Assembly (NCBI GenBank): GCA_965223845.1
Contig: CBDCXR010000004.1
Coordinates: 1,056,001-1,120,000 of the forward strand
Reading direction: 5' to 3'
Length of the DNA stretch: 64,000 nucleotides
From: Planctomycetota bacterium
Lineage (GTDB): Bacteria; Planctomycetota; UBA8108; SXIK01
The notes under the pieces were generated by a model that saw only the letters and a list, made by a program, of their open reading frames with translations, searched no databases and was not told the origin of the DNA. Shown here in pieces: positions 1-8,829 of this stretch. The number at the start of each line of letters is the position of its first letter. Position 1 is the stretch's first letter. Position numbers and translations under genes: made by a program.

Positions 1-1
1 G

Positions 2-1021
2 GGTGGCGGCGAAGCCACGATGAGTTATCAGGACGGTCTCATTGGTGAAGGTCAGCCCGTCGCGCTCGTCGTGACCGAGCAAGGCCTGAGCTCCCCGTTC
101 GTGCAGGAGGATCTAACGGTTGCACTCAACGAGATTCAGTCCTGCTGCAACGCGCTCCACCGCATGGGCTTCTCGAGCTCGCCGCTCAACAATACGGTTC
201 CCGGCGAAGGACTCATCGATGACGATCCCGCGACGTGCAACGGCATCGGCTCGCACGAGATCAGCACGACCGACTCGATCTACGCATCGGTCGCGTCGAC
301 CGCTCCAGTTCCCGAAGAGGGAATCCAGGGGTTCTCGGTGAGTATCGAAGTCGTCGGTGACATCAGCATCACCGGAATCACGACCGAAGGGACGCTCGCC
401 GGTCCCGTCGAGGACGGCGGACTCTACGACAGCGGCTTCAACAAGACCCGTGTCGCAGATTCGGAAGCGAGCGGTGGTCGTTCCGGCGCCGTGAGCGCGG
501 TCGTGTTCTGCTTCGGTTGTGACTCGGTTCTCAATCCGGTCGGGACGTCGTCCTTCAGCAAGCTCACCGTCGAAGGCGAGCCCGGCGCGACGGGAGAGAT
601 CTTCTACGCCGACGGACTCGTCGGGGAAGGTCAGCCGGTCGACAACGTCATGACCGTCCTCGGTACGAGTGCTCCGGTCTGCAATTTCTTCACCACTCGC
701 CTCAATGTGAGCGTCAAGCTCGGCCCCGCCGAGCTCGGTCCGTACCTGCGTGGTGACGCGAACGACGACGGTAAGGTGAACATCGCCGACCCGATCTGGA
801 TCATCAACGAGCTCTTCCGGATGGGACCGCCGACCGAATGCATCGCTTCGGCGGATGCCAATGGAGATCTCACGCAGGATCTAGCGGACGCTGTCTACAT
901 CATCAACTATCGGTTCCTCGACGGCGAGCCTCCTCCCGCTCCGTTCCCGGGTTGCGGCACGACGATCGATCCGGAGAACGATGTGATCTCGTGCGACACA
1001 CCGCACTCGAATTGCCTCTGA
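2..1021 (+). CDS. Secreted cohesin-like x2 + C-terminal dockerin protein (5'-truncated by window edge)
   Basis: The frame is open from base 2 (GGGEATMSY..., matching GGGEATMRF inside the next gene). It has a QGFSVSI...FCFGC...GQPV module and the C-terminal dockerin RGDANDDGKVNIAD...ADANGDLTQDLAD...PFPGCG. Confidence 0.85.
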   Translation, partial: GGGEATMSYQDGLIGEGQPVALVVTEQGLSSPFVQEDLTVALNEIQSCCNALHRMGFSSSPLNNTVPGEGLIDDDPATCNGIGSHEISTTDSIYASVASTAPVPEEGIQGFSVSIEVVGDISITGITTEGTLAGPVEDGGLYDSGFNKTRVADSEASGGRSGAVSAVVFCFGCDSVLNPVGTSSFSKLTVEGEPGATGEIFYADGLVGEGQPVDNVMTVLGTSAPVCNFFTTRLNVSVKLGPAELGPYLRGDANDDGKVNIADPIWIINELFRMGPPTECIASADANGDLTQDLADAVYIINYRFLDGEPPPAPFPGCGTTIDPENDVISCDTPHSNCL

Positions 1022-1040
1022 GCCGATCGCCCTGAGGAAG

Positions 1041-1108
1041 CGTGATCTCGTTTTCGGGATCACGAGGTAAAGAGGGCCGCGGGTCTCCTTGATCCGCGGC
1101 CCTCTTTT
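1041..1108 (+). terminator. Tandem hairpins: small stem-loop followed by rho-independent terminator
   Basis: cgtgatctcg-tttt-cgggatcacg (1041-1064), then aaagagggccgcgggtc-tcctt-gatccgcggccctctttt (1069-1108), directly after the stop at 1021. Confidence 0.7.
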
Positions 1109-1170
1109 CGTGTCGACTGGTAGTCAGTACCCACACTCCGAACTCGAGGCTGGCTTCGGAGAGGAACGCC

Positions 1171-2598
1171 ATGAGATGCCGTTCGCCATCGTTTCTCGTG
1201 CTCGGCGTCGCGCTCGTCCTCCTGCCCGGTGCGGCGCTTTCCCAGGACTACACGATCGGATTCGACGGACCGGAATCGCATTCCGGCGCGGCCGGAGCGA
1301 CGGTCCGAGGAGTTTACGACTGGACTCTCGGGCACGCCGGAGAGGGAGTCGGTATCAACGGCTGGTCGCTCGGAGCCGTCGTCGACGGCGGTACGATCGT
1401 TTCCATCACCACCGCCGGAACGAAGACCGAGGCGCTCTTTGATTCCGGCCTCAATCAGACCGCCATCGCACAAGGTGACGTGGCTGGCGCGTACAGCTTC
1501 GTTGTGATCTGTCGCTGTGGTTGGGTGGAGATCCCGCCGAACGAAACCCATGCGATCGTCCGAACCGAAGTTGAATTTCGCATCCCTGAGGGTGGCGGCG
1601 AAGCCACTATGCGGTTCGCGCCCGGGCTCGCCGAAGGCGCTCGATTCGAAGAGCTCATGCTGTCTGAGGAGGGCTTGAGTGTTCCATTTGTGCGGGAGGA
1701 GCTCACCATCGCGCTCACCGAGACCGAGTCCTGTTGTGACGCGCCGTACCGTGTGGGCTTCTCGAGTTCACCTCTCAACAACATGACCCCCGGCGAGGGA
1801 CTGATCGAGGACGATCCCGATCTGTGCCACGGGGTCGGCGCGCACGAGATCAGCAGTTCCGACACGATTTACGTCTCCAACGCGTCGAACGTCCCCTCTC
1901 CTGAAGACGGAATTCAAGGGTTCTCGCTCAGCATCGAAATCGTCGGTGACCTGAACCTCACCTCAGCCACGACCGATGGAACGCTCGCCGGGCCGATCGA
2001 GGATGGGGGACTCCTGAGCAGCGGCTTCTCCAAGGCGAGCGTGTTCGATCCGGGCCACGGCGGCCGTCGTGGCGCTGTGGCCGCAGTCGTGTTCTGTTTC
2101 GGCGACTGCGACTCCGTGCTGAATCCGATCGGGACGTCCTCGATGCTCGCGCTCACGGTCGAGGGTGAGCGCGGCGGCGCGGGTGAGATCTTTTTTATGG
2201 ACGGTCTTGGGCGCGGACAGCCCGTCGAAAACATCATTACGGTGCGCGGGGTTTCCGTTCCGGCCTGCAACTTCGACACGGCTCGATTGAGCCTGTCCGT
2301 TCGGCCGGGCCCCGCCACGTTCGTACGCGGAGATGCCAATGATGATGGCAAGGTGAACATCGCTGACCCAATTTGGATCTTGAGCGACCTCTTTCGCATG
2401 GGACCCGCGACGAGCTGTCTCGCGTCCGCCGACGCAAACAACTCGCTCACGGTCGACCTTGCCGATGTCGTATTCCTCATCAACTATTCTTTTCGCCACG
2501 GCGATGCTCCAGCCGACCCGTTCCCCGGGTGCGGCACGATCGGCGATCCGGAGAGGGAGGCCGTCTCGTGCGACAGCGCCCCATCGAGTTGCGTCTGA
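1171..2598 (+). CDS. Secreted cohesin-like x2 + dockerin protein (paralogue of upstream gene)
   Basis: Signal peptide (FLVLGVALVLLPGAALS/QD), two repeated ~140-aa beta-rich modules, dockerin RGDANDDGKVNIAD/ADANNSLTVDLAD, RBS gagg upstream. Confidence 0.85.
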   Translation: MRCRSPSFLVLGVALVLLPGAALSQDYTIGFDGPESHSGAAGATVRGVYDWTLGHAGEGVGINGWSLGAVVDGGTIVSITTAGTKTEALFDSGLNQTAIAQGDVAGAYSFVVICRCGWVEIPPNETHAIVRTEVEFRIPEGGGEATMRFAPGLAEGARFEELMLSEEGLSVPFVREELTIALTETESCCDAPYRVGFSSSPLNNMTPGEGLIEDDPDLCHGVGAHEISSSDTIYVSNASNVPSPEDGIQGFSLSIEIVGDLNLTSATTDGTLAGPIEDGGLLSSGFSKASVFDPGHGGRRGAVAAVVFCFGDCDSVLNPIGTSSMLALTVEGERGGAGEIFFMDGLGRGQPVENIITVRGVSVPACNFDTARLSLSVRPGPATFVRGDANDDGKVNIADPIWILSDLFRMGPATSCLASADANNSLTVDLADVVFLINYSFRHGDAPADPFPGCGTIGDPEREAVSCDSAPSSCV

Positions 2599-2706
2599 AC
2601 GGACTTGGCCTCGAGGCCTGATTCGCGCGACTTAAGACGTAGCGTACGCGAGCGGAGTGTTAGCGGCGTGTTCGAGGCGGATTCCGCCGCGGAACCTCGA
2701 CCGATC

Positions 2707-2735
2707 TTCCCAATCGACGAGACGATCGGTACAAT
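2707..2735 (+). promoter_or_regulatory. Putative sigma70 promoter
   Basis: TTCCCA-N17-TACAAT, about 220 nt upstream of the ATG at 2956. Confidence 0.4.
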
Positions 2736-2955
2736 TCGGGGGGTTGACCTTGGGTGATGAATGTGCTCTCGCGGGGGGAAGAAGGGTCATTCCCGAGGCG
2801 AAGTAGGTCGCGGTTCGGAAGGATCAGGTCCACGGCGTCGCGTCGACGACGCGGTCGCCGACGGACGTGAGTCGGAGCGTGGCCACGTCGTGCGTTTTCC
2901 TGTCAATCGCGCAAACGAGGATCGATTTCCCATTCTCTCGGGGAGGAAAAGCAAC

Positions 2956-4437
2956 ATGAGGACGCTCTGGAGTATCTGTACTGCGATCCCGGTAGCACTC
3001 GGGCTATCGCTGGGCGCCCAGGCGCAGGATGTCTACACGCTGGGCTTCGAAGGACCGAGCTCGGTCGCCGGTCTCGTCGGCGAGGACGTCGGGTTCGACG
3101 TCACCGCCACCCTCGAGCACGCCGAAGGCGACGGTGTCGGTGCGCAGGGTTGGTCGATCGGAATCCGCGTGGATGGCGCGGAGGTCGTCGGTGTGACGAC
3201 CGAGGGCACGAGCGTCGACGGCCTCTTCGACGAGGGCTTCAACAAGAGCAAAGCCATCGACCCCATTCTGAACGACGGGAAGAACGGCGCGACGAGCGCT
3301 GTGGTGCTTTGCTACGGATGCGAGAACGTGCTTCCCCCGTCCGCCACGATCCTCCAGCTGAGTCTTTCCGCCACGATCGCCGAAGACGCGGATCCGATTT
3401 CTGTCGAGTACGAAGAGGGACTGATCGGCGAGGGACAGCCGGTTCGTCTCGTCGTCACGCAGCTCGGTCAGTCGATCGCTCCGATGCTCGAGGCGCTCTC
3501 CGTTCCCGTGCGGGCGCTGAAGAGCTGCCTGAACGACAAGTACTCCCTCGGCTTTGCGACGGAGAACCTCGTCTCGGATACCCCGTTCGCCGAAGGTTCG
3601 GTGGGCACGGGCGAGCCGTCCGGCCACGCGAGTGGTGAGGGCATGACGATCGCCGGAGCACCGGGCGAGATCGCCTCCGCACCGGTGTGGGCGACGATCA
3701 TCACGAACGAATCCGATCCGGAAGCGGCCGGTGTCCAGGGTTGGTCGCTTTCGATCGAAGCGCTGGGCGCAGCCAACATCACCGGCATCACCTGGGAGGG
3801 AACGGTGACAGCTCCGGTACCCGACGGTCTTTTCGACTCGGGATTCGAGAAAACGCTCCTCGCCGCCGCTGAAGACAATGACGGTCGGAGTGGTGCGACG
3901 AGCGCCGTCGTGCTCTGCTTTGGCTGCGACACGACCATCGGGCTCGTCGGGACGACCGCTGTCGCTGAGCTCACGGTCGAGTCGAGAGATCCGCTGTCCG
4001 CGGATGCTCCGCAGTCGGGGCGCCTCGAATACAACCCGCTCCGCAGCATCGGGCAGCAGGTCGACATCGTCCTTACGGTCCTCGGAACGAGCGTGCCGGT
4101 CTGCAATCTCGATTCCGTCGGACTCGACATCGAATTCGAGGAGGTCCAGGGTAAGGGACCGTACATCCGTGGCGACGCCAACGACGACGGCAAGCTGAAC
4201 ATCGCCGACGGGATCTGGATCATCAACGAACTGTTCAAGATGGGTCCGGAGAGCGTGTGTCAGACCGCAGCGGATGCGAACAACAGCAACACGGTCGACC
4301 TCGCGGACGCCGTCTTCATCTTCGAGTATCGTTTCCTAACCGGCCCGGCCCCCGAGGCGCCGTTTCCGGATTGTGGATTCATCCCGATCGACGCCGGCGG
4401 CGACCTGACCTGCGGAGGGAACTCGTCCTGCCTGTGA
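2956..4437 (+). CDS. Secreted cohesin-like x2 + dockerin protein
   Basis: Start moved from 2761 to ATG 2956 (GGAGG at 2942-2946, followed by the signal peptide MRTLWSICTAIPVALGLSLGAQA). Two QGWS...LCxGC modules and dockerin RGDANDDGKLNIAD/ADANNSNTVDLAD. Confidence 0.85.
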   Translation: MRTLWSICTAIPVALGLSLGAQAQDVYTLGFEGPSSVAGLVGEDVGFDVTATLEHAEGDGVGAQGWSIGIRVDGAEVVGVTTEGTSVDGLFDEGFNKSKAIDPILNDGKNGATSAVVLCYGCENVLPPSATILQLSLSATIAEDADPISVEYEEGLIGEGQPVRLVVTQLGQSIAPMLEALSVPVRALKSCLNDKYSLGFATENLVSDTPFAEGSVGTGEPSGHASGEGMTIAGAPGEIASAPVWATIITNESDPEAAGVQGWSLSIEALGAANITGITWEGTVTAPVPDGLFDSGFEKTLLAAAEDNDGRSGATSAVVLCFGCDTTIGLVGTTAVAELTVESRDPLSADAPQSGRLEYNPLRSIGQQVDIVLTVLGTSVPVCNLDSVGLDIEFEEVQGKGPYIRGDANDDGKLNIADGIWIINELFKMGPESVCQTAADANNSNTVDLADAVFIFEYRFLTGPAPEAPFPDCGFIPIDAGGDLTCGGNSSCL

Positions 4438-4839
4438 TCGCCGGTCGAATCGCAGGAGCCGCGCGTCCGTTCGGGCGCTGAACGGGAGCGAGCCACGCGG
4501 GGAACACTCTCCGCGTGGCTCGCTTCATTCTCCGACCGGGTCGAGGCCCCGGCGTTCGGAATCCTCGGGCGCCGACCACCGGTCGGGCACCCGGACAAGT
4601 GTCGGGATCGACCTGTCCGCGAACGCAAACGCCGATCTTTACGAGTCGATCCCCCGGGAGACTCGGCTACAATAGACGCTCGTCACGCGCGGTCGGCGCG
4701 TGAGTCCTCGGTTTGGGTTTTCGCCTCCCCGGAGTGGGTCTGAGATCGGATCCGACGCGTGGCGCCGTCAGAAGATGGGGGCCAGCGCCGAGATCGTATG
4801 CACTCGCCCGGAGAGTTTTCGATTGCGGGGAGTAGACGA

Positions 4840-6309
4840 ATGAAGACGCGGCGATGGATGGCGGGCGTCGTGCTCGCGACTTGGGGTCTCACCTCCGGTG
4901 CATTCGCGCAGTCCGACGCGGATGTGTTCACGCTCGGCGTTCGCGGGCCGGACGCCGTCGCGGCCAAAGCCGGCGAGCTGGCGAGTGCCGACTACGAGAT
5001 TACGCTCACGCACGACGGCCTCGGCGTGGGCGCGCAGGCCTGGTCGTTCGGTGTCATCGGCGTCGACGCCGACATCGTTTCGATCACGACCGAAGGCACG
5101 AACGCCGCGGCTCTCTTCGACGGGGGATTCCAACGGAGCGAGCTCACCGACGGCGAAGGGAATCGCGGTGCGATTAGCGCGATGACTTTGTGTCAGGGTT
5201 GCCCCGCGACGCTGCCTCCGAACGAGACGTCTTCGATCGCCGTCATCGGCCTCTCCGTGCCGGTCGGCCTAGAGGATAGCGTGGCGGGGATCGAGTTCGC
5301 GGAGGGACTCGTCGGTGCGGGACAGCCCGTCCAAATCGTCGTCACGCAGGAGGGATTTACCATCGAGCCCGATCTCGCGGCGAAGGGAATCGAAGTGCTC
5401 GCGCTCCCCGATTGTTGTGCGCCGGGACTGAACTACGCGTTTTCCGGGCAGCGCGTCCAGAGCCCGGATCCGCTCCTCCCGACCGATTCCGACCCCGCCT
5501 GCCTCGGAAATACTACCGTTCTCGTCAACGAGGTCAGTCCCGGCGAGATCGGCCGCGGCAAGGTCTTCGTCAACGTGTCGTCGAATGTCGAAGGGGACGG
5601 CGTCCAAGGATGGTCGGTCGGCGTCGCCGTCGACGGCTTCCGCGTCGTCGAGGACAGCGTCTCGCTCGACGATACGGCGGGCGCGCCGATGCCGGACGGT
5701 CTCTACGACAATGGCTTCAACAAGACTCAGCGCATCGATCCGGGTGAGAACGAGGGCCAGGAGGGAGCGGTGAGCGCGGTCGTCCTCTGCTTCGGCTGCC
5801 CGACGACTCTGCCGCTCGTCGGCACCGAGTCGATCCTTCAGTTCGAGGTCGAGACGCTGGTGCCCGTGCCCGAGGAGGGCGCGATCGACGGGGTGTGTCG
5901 GGTGGAGGCGGACCTCCTCGGGAACGGGCAGCCCGTCCGGAACGTCCTCACGATCCTCGGTGCGAGCATCCCCGCTTGCAATACGCGGTTCGTCAGCGCC
6001 TCCATTCGGTTCGCTCCCGTCGAGAATCGTCCGTTTCGCCGCGGTGACGCCAACGACGACGGAAAGAACAACATCGCGGATCCGATCTGGATCTTGAACG
6101 AGCTGTTTCGTGACGGTCCGCGGTCGCCGTGCGATCGTGCCGCCGACGCGAACAGCGACGGGACGGTCGACCTCGCCGACGTGAGCTTCGAGGTCACGTA
6201 TCTGTTCGAGCGCGGCGAAGCGCCGGGCGATCCCGGACCGTTTGCGTGCGGGCCGAGTCCGACGACCGATGATGGCCTCAGTTGCGCGGACTTCACTTCG
6301 TGTGAATAG
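4840..6309 (+). CDS. Secreted cohesin-like x2 + dockerin protein
   Basis: Start moved to ATG 4840 (GGGGAG upstream; signal peptide MKTRRWMAGVVLATWGLTSGAFA). Two modules with LCQGC/LCFGC and dockerin RGDANDDGKNNIAD/ADANSDGTVDLAD. Confidence 0.85.
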   Translation: MKTRRWMAGVVLATWGLTSGAFAQSDADVFTLGVRGPDAVAAKAGELASADYEITLTHDGLGVGAQAWSFGVIGVDADIVSITTEGTNAAALFDGGFQRSELTDGEGNRGAISAMTLCQGCPATLPPNETSSIAVIGLSVPVGLEDSVAGIEFAEGLVGAGQPVQIVVTQEGFTIEPDLAAKGIEVLALPDCCAPGLNYAFSGQRVQSPDPLLPTDSDPACLGNTTVLVNEVSPGEIGRGKVFVNVSSNVEGDGVQGWSVGVAVDGFRVVEDSVSLDDTAGAPMPDGLYDNGFNKTQRIDPGENEGQEGAVSAVVLCFGCPTTLPLVGTESILQFEVETLVPVPEEGAIDGVCRVEADLLGNGQPVRNVLTILGASIPACNTRFVSASIRFAPVENRPFRRGDANDDGKNNIADPIWILNELFRDGPRSPCDRAADANSDGTVDLADVSFEVTYLFERGEAPGDPGPFACGPSPTTDDGLSCADFTSCE

Positions 6310-6549
6310 CGCGAAGCAACGGTGACGGACTGGTTCGCAGCGACCGAGCACGCGGCGGCGCGACGCATTCGTCCGCGGGCTCGGGTCGTGTTCGGTGCGC
6401 TTCGTCATCCGCGCCACGCCGATTCGCGACGTTGGCGTCGAACGAGCAACCGGGCTCCCCACCTTCTCACGTACAGTCGCGTGTTCTGTACTCGTTCGGC
6501 GCTTGAAGCCGACTTCACCCGCGCATAACTTTTCGCCTCGCTGCTAGCA

Positions 6550-6579
6550 TTGACACGCCGTTTCGAACGCCCCTATAAT
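6550..6579 (+). promoter_or_regulatory. Consensus sigma70 promoter
   Basis: Exact TTGACA (6550-6555)-N18-TATAAT (6574-6579) in an intergenic region of a high-GC genome. Confidence 0.8.
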
Positions 6580-6889
6580 CGACCTCCGAGTGTCTGAGAA
6601 GTGGACTTCCTTCCTTGTCTTGACACCGTTCCGTGTAGGGGTCGGTCTCGCCGGGTCTCACGGCGTTTTTCGAGGGTTTGGCTTGTTCCGCCACACGATT
6701 GGGCGCCTGACCTTCGCCGCCGGTATTGCGGCTGACCGAAACGGAGGCAACCGTCTCCGTCCCACCATTTTCGACTTGATTTCGATCCACTAGAACAACC
6801 GCATTCCCCGCCTCCGCTTGTGCATGTCGGGACCCCGCTTGGGCAAGTCGGGGGGGATTGCTTAGCTTCGGGCTGTGAAGGAGATCACG

Positions 6890-8344
6890 ATGCAAGTGAA
6901 GCTGTCCCGGGTTGGGAGTTGGAGTTTTCTCCCCGCCATCGTTCTGACTCTCTCGGCCGGCGTCGCTTTCGCCCAAGACCCTGCGAATTTCGATCTCGAG
7001 ATCCGCGTGGACAAGGAAGCCTACGCTCCCGGTGAGACGCTCGTCGCGACTCCGGGTGTCGTCGCGCGTGAGGCGGGTATCCAGGGCTGGTCGTACGGCG
7101 TGCGCCACGACCCGAACGTGCTCAGCCTCGACAGTGTCGGCATCGAGAACTCCGACACGGCTGGACTCTTCGACGAAGGTTTCAATCAGACCGAGATCAT
7201 CGTCGAGGGCGGCACCAACGTGGGATTCATTCAGGCGATCGCGCTCTCGCTCGACGGCGACGCCATCGTCGTTCCGGCGAACCCCGACGGCCTCTTCACC
7301 TTCGCCGCGGCGAGCTACACCGTCGCCGCGGACGCGTGTGAAGGAGCGGTCGGAGACATCATGACCGCGATCGAGTTCACCGAGGAGATCGGTGTTCCGG
7401 ACAGTCCCCCCGTCGAGACGAACCTCACCCTCGGCGGCCGCGGCCTCGTGCCGGCGTCGGTTGCCGGTGCGACGGCGACGATCACCTGTGAAGCCCTTCC
7501 CGCGGGACTCAGCATGCACTTTGCGGCTGGCGCGCAGGATCTTGTCGCCGACGAGACGGCGACGATCGACGTGACGGTCCACGGTTCGGCTTCCGGCGCG
7601 GCGTCCGAGGTCCAGGGTTGGTCCTACGGGATCCGGCTCGACACGACGGCGATCGTCGCGACTGCTGCGACTCCCGGCGCCGACGCCGCTGCCCTCAACG
7701 GGGGCAACGGTCCGGACTTCGTCAGCTACGAGCTCAACGATCAGAGCCTCGACGGGAACACGAAGGGTGTGACCGTCGGTGTCGCCGTTACGCTCAATGC
7801 TCCGGCGGCGGAAGTCCTCACGATCGCCGACGGCGAGACGAAGCACCTCGACACGATCACGATCCGCAGCGCCAAGTCGCTCGGCGAAGGTGAAAGCGAG
7901 ACGACCGAGATGGCGTTCGACAACACCCTCGGTGAGACGGCAGATCCCGTTCGCGATCCGATCGAGGCCATCTTCGTGATCGGCGGACGCAGCGTCGAGC
8001 CGACGCTCGGCGGCGCGAAGACGATCAACCTCATCGGCACCGGTGGTCCCGGTGGCGTCCGGTTCATCCGCTCCGACTCGAACAGTGACGGCCGCGTCGA
8101 CATCGCCGACGGCATCTGGACGCTGATGACTCTCTTTGGGGGCGAGCAGCTCTCGTGCGAGATCGCGGCGGACTCGAACGCCGACGACAGCGTCAACATG
8201 ACCGACGCGATGCACACGTTCCAGTGGCGCCTCCAGCCGGGTGCGACGCCGGGGAACCTCTTCCCCGCGCCGACGGCTCCGTTCCCCGCTTGCGGCACGG
8301 TGCAAGATCCGGTGCTCACCTGCGCGAATCACTTCTGCCAGTGA
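6890..8344 (+). CDS. Secreted cohesin x2 + dockerin protein
   Basis: ATG 6890 with AAGGAG RBS and a signal peptide ending AFA. Cohesin-type motifs GIQGWSYGVRHDPNVLSL and VQGWSYGIRLDTT; dockerin RSDSNSDGRVDIAD/ADSNADDSVNMTD...PFPACG. Confidence 0.85.
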   Translation: MQVKLSRVGSWSFLPAIVLTLSAGVAFAQDPANFDLEIRVDKEAYAPGETLVATPGVVAREAGIQGWSYGVRHDPNVLSLDSVGIENSDTAGLFDEGFNQTEIIVEGGTNVGFIQAIALSLDGDAIVVPANPDGLFTFAAASYTVAADACEGAVGDIMTAIEFTEEIGVPDSPPVETNLTLGGRGLVPASVAGATATITCEALPAGLSMHFAAGAQDLVADETATIDVTVHGSASGAASEVQGWSYGIRLDTTAIVATAATPGADAAALNGGNGPDFVSYELNDQSLDGNTKGVTVGVAVTLNAPAAEVLTIADGETKHLDTITIRSAKSLGEGESETTEMAFDNTLGETADPVRDPIEAIFVIGGRSVEPTLGGAKTINLIGTGGPGGVRFIRSDSNSDGRVDIADGIWTLMTLFGGEQLSCEIAADSNADDSVNMTDAMHTFQWRLQPGATPGNLFPAPTAPFPACGTVQDPVLTCANHFCQ

Positions 8345-8358
8345 GTTGATGTAGAGAA

Positions 8359-8432
8359 GGCGATCCGAAGCGGATCGCCGACGCGAAACAAAACGGCCCG
8401 ATCGAGCGCGTCTCGATCGGGCCGTTTTGTTT
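8359..8432. terminator. Tandem hairpins including a strong bidirectional terminator
   Basis: ggcgatccg-aag-cggatcgcc (8359-8379), then a perfect 21-bp stem aaacaaaacggcccgatcgag-cgcgt-ctcgatcgggccgttttgttt (8386-8432). Confidence 0.85.
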
Positions 8433-8829
8433 TCGCTTCGTGCCGAGCCGGCGACGAAACGTTCCAGGCGAAACGCCCGGCACCGGCCCCGAGCGCGCCC
8501 GCGACCGAGCACCGAAGGCGCGGAGACTCGCGTCCGACCCGACTTCTCCGCCACGCGGTAGTCGTCTCGGCTCCGCTCAGCCGGGCGGAACGGGCCCGAT
8601 CGAGCGCATCTTTCGTGCCTGTAAGGTTCTACGATCGGGCGATGTTGACTTGCTCGCGGGGCACCTCTAACATCGATCCATCCCCCGTTTGCCCTCCTTC
8701 CCCGACGCTACGAACAGCCTGGTGTTGCTCCCCCCTCTCTGCGTGGAGAAGCCCTCTCCGCGCGGGGATGTCCTCCTTTTTCGGAGGGCTCGGGGAGCGC
8801 GCTCCCGCTCTGGAGGCTGGACTGCTCTC

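Noticed and set aside
6620-6625. Second TTGACA in the gene 5 leader
   Set aside because: No -10 hexamer at a suitable spacing.
6585-6889. Known riboswitch (e.g. c-di-GMP-I) in the leader
   Set aside because: Hairpins are present, but I could not match the conserved motifs of any family I know.
2-8344. Repeated similar segments suggesting a DGR target array or CRISPR-like repeats
   Set aside because: The similarity is protein-level paralogy with synonymous divergence; no reverse transcriptase, template repeat or regularly spaced identical repeats were seen.
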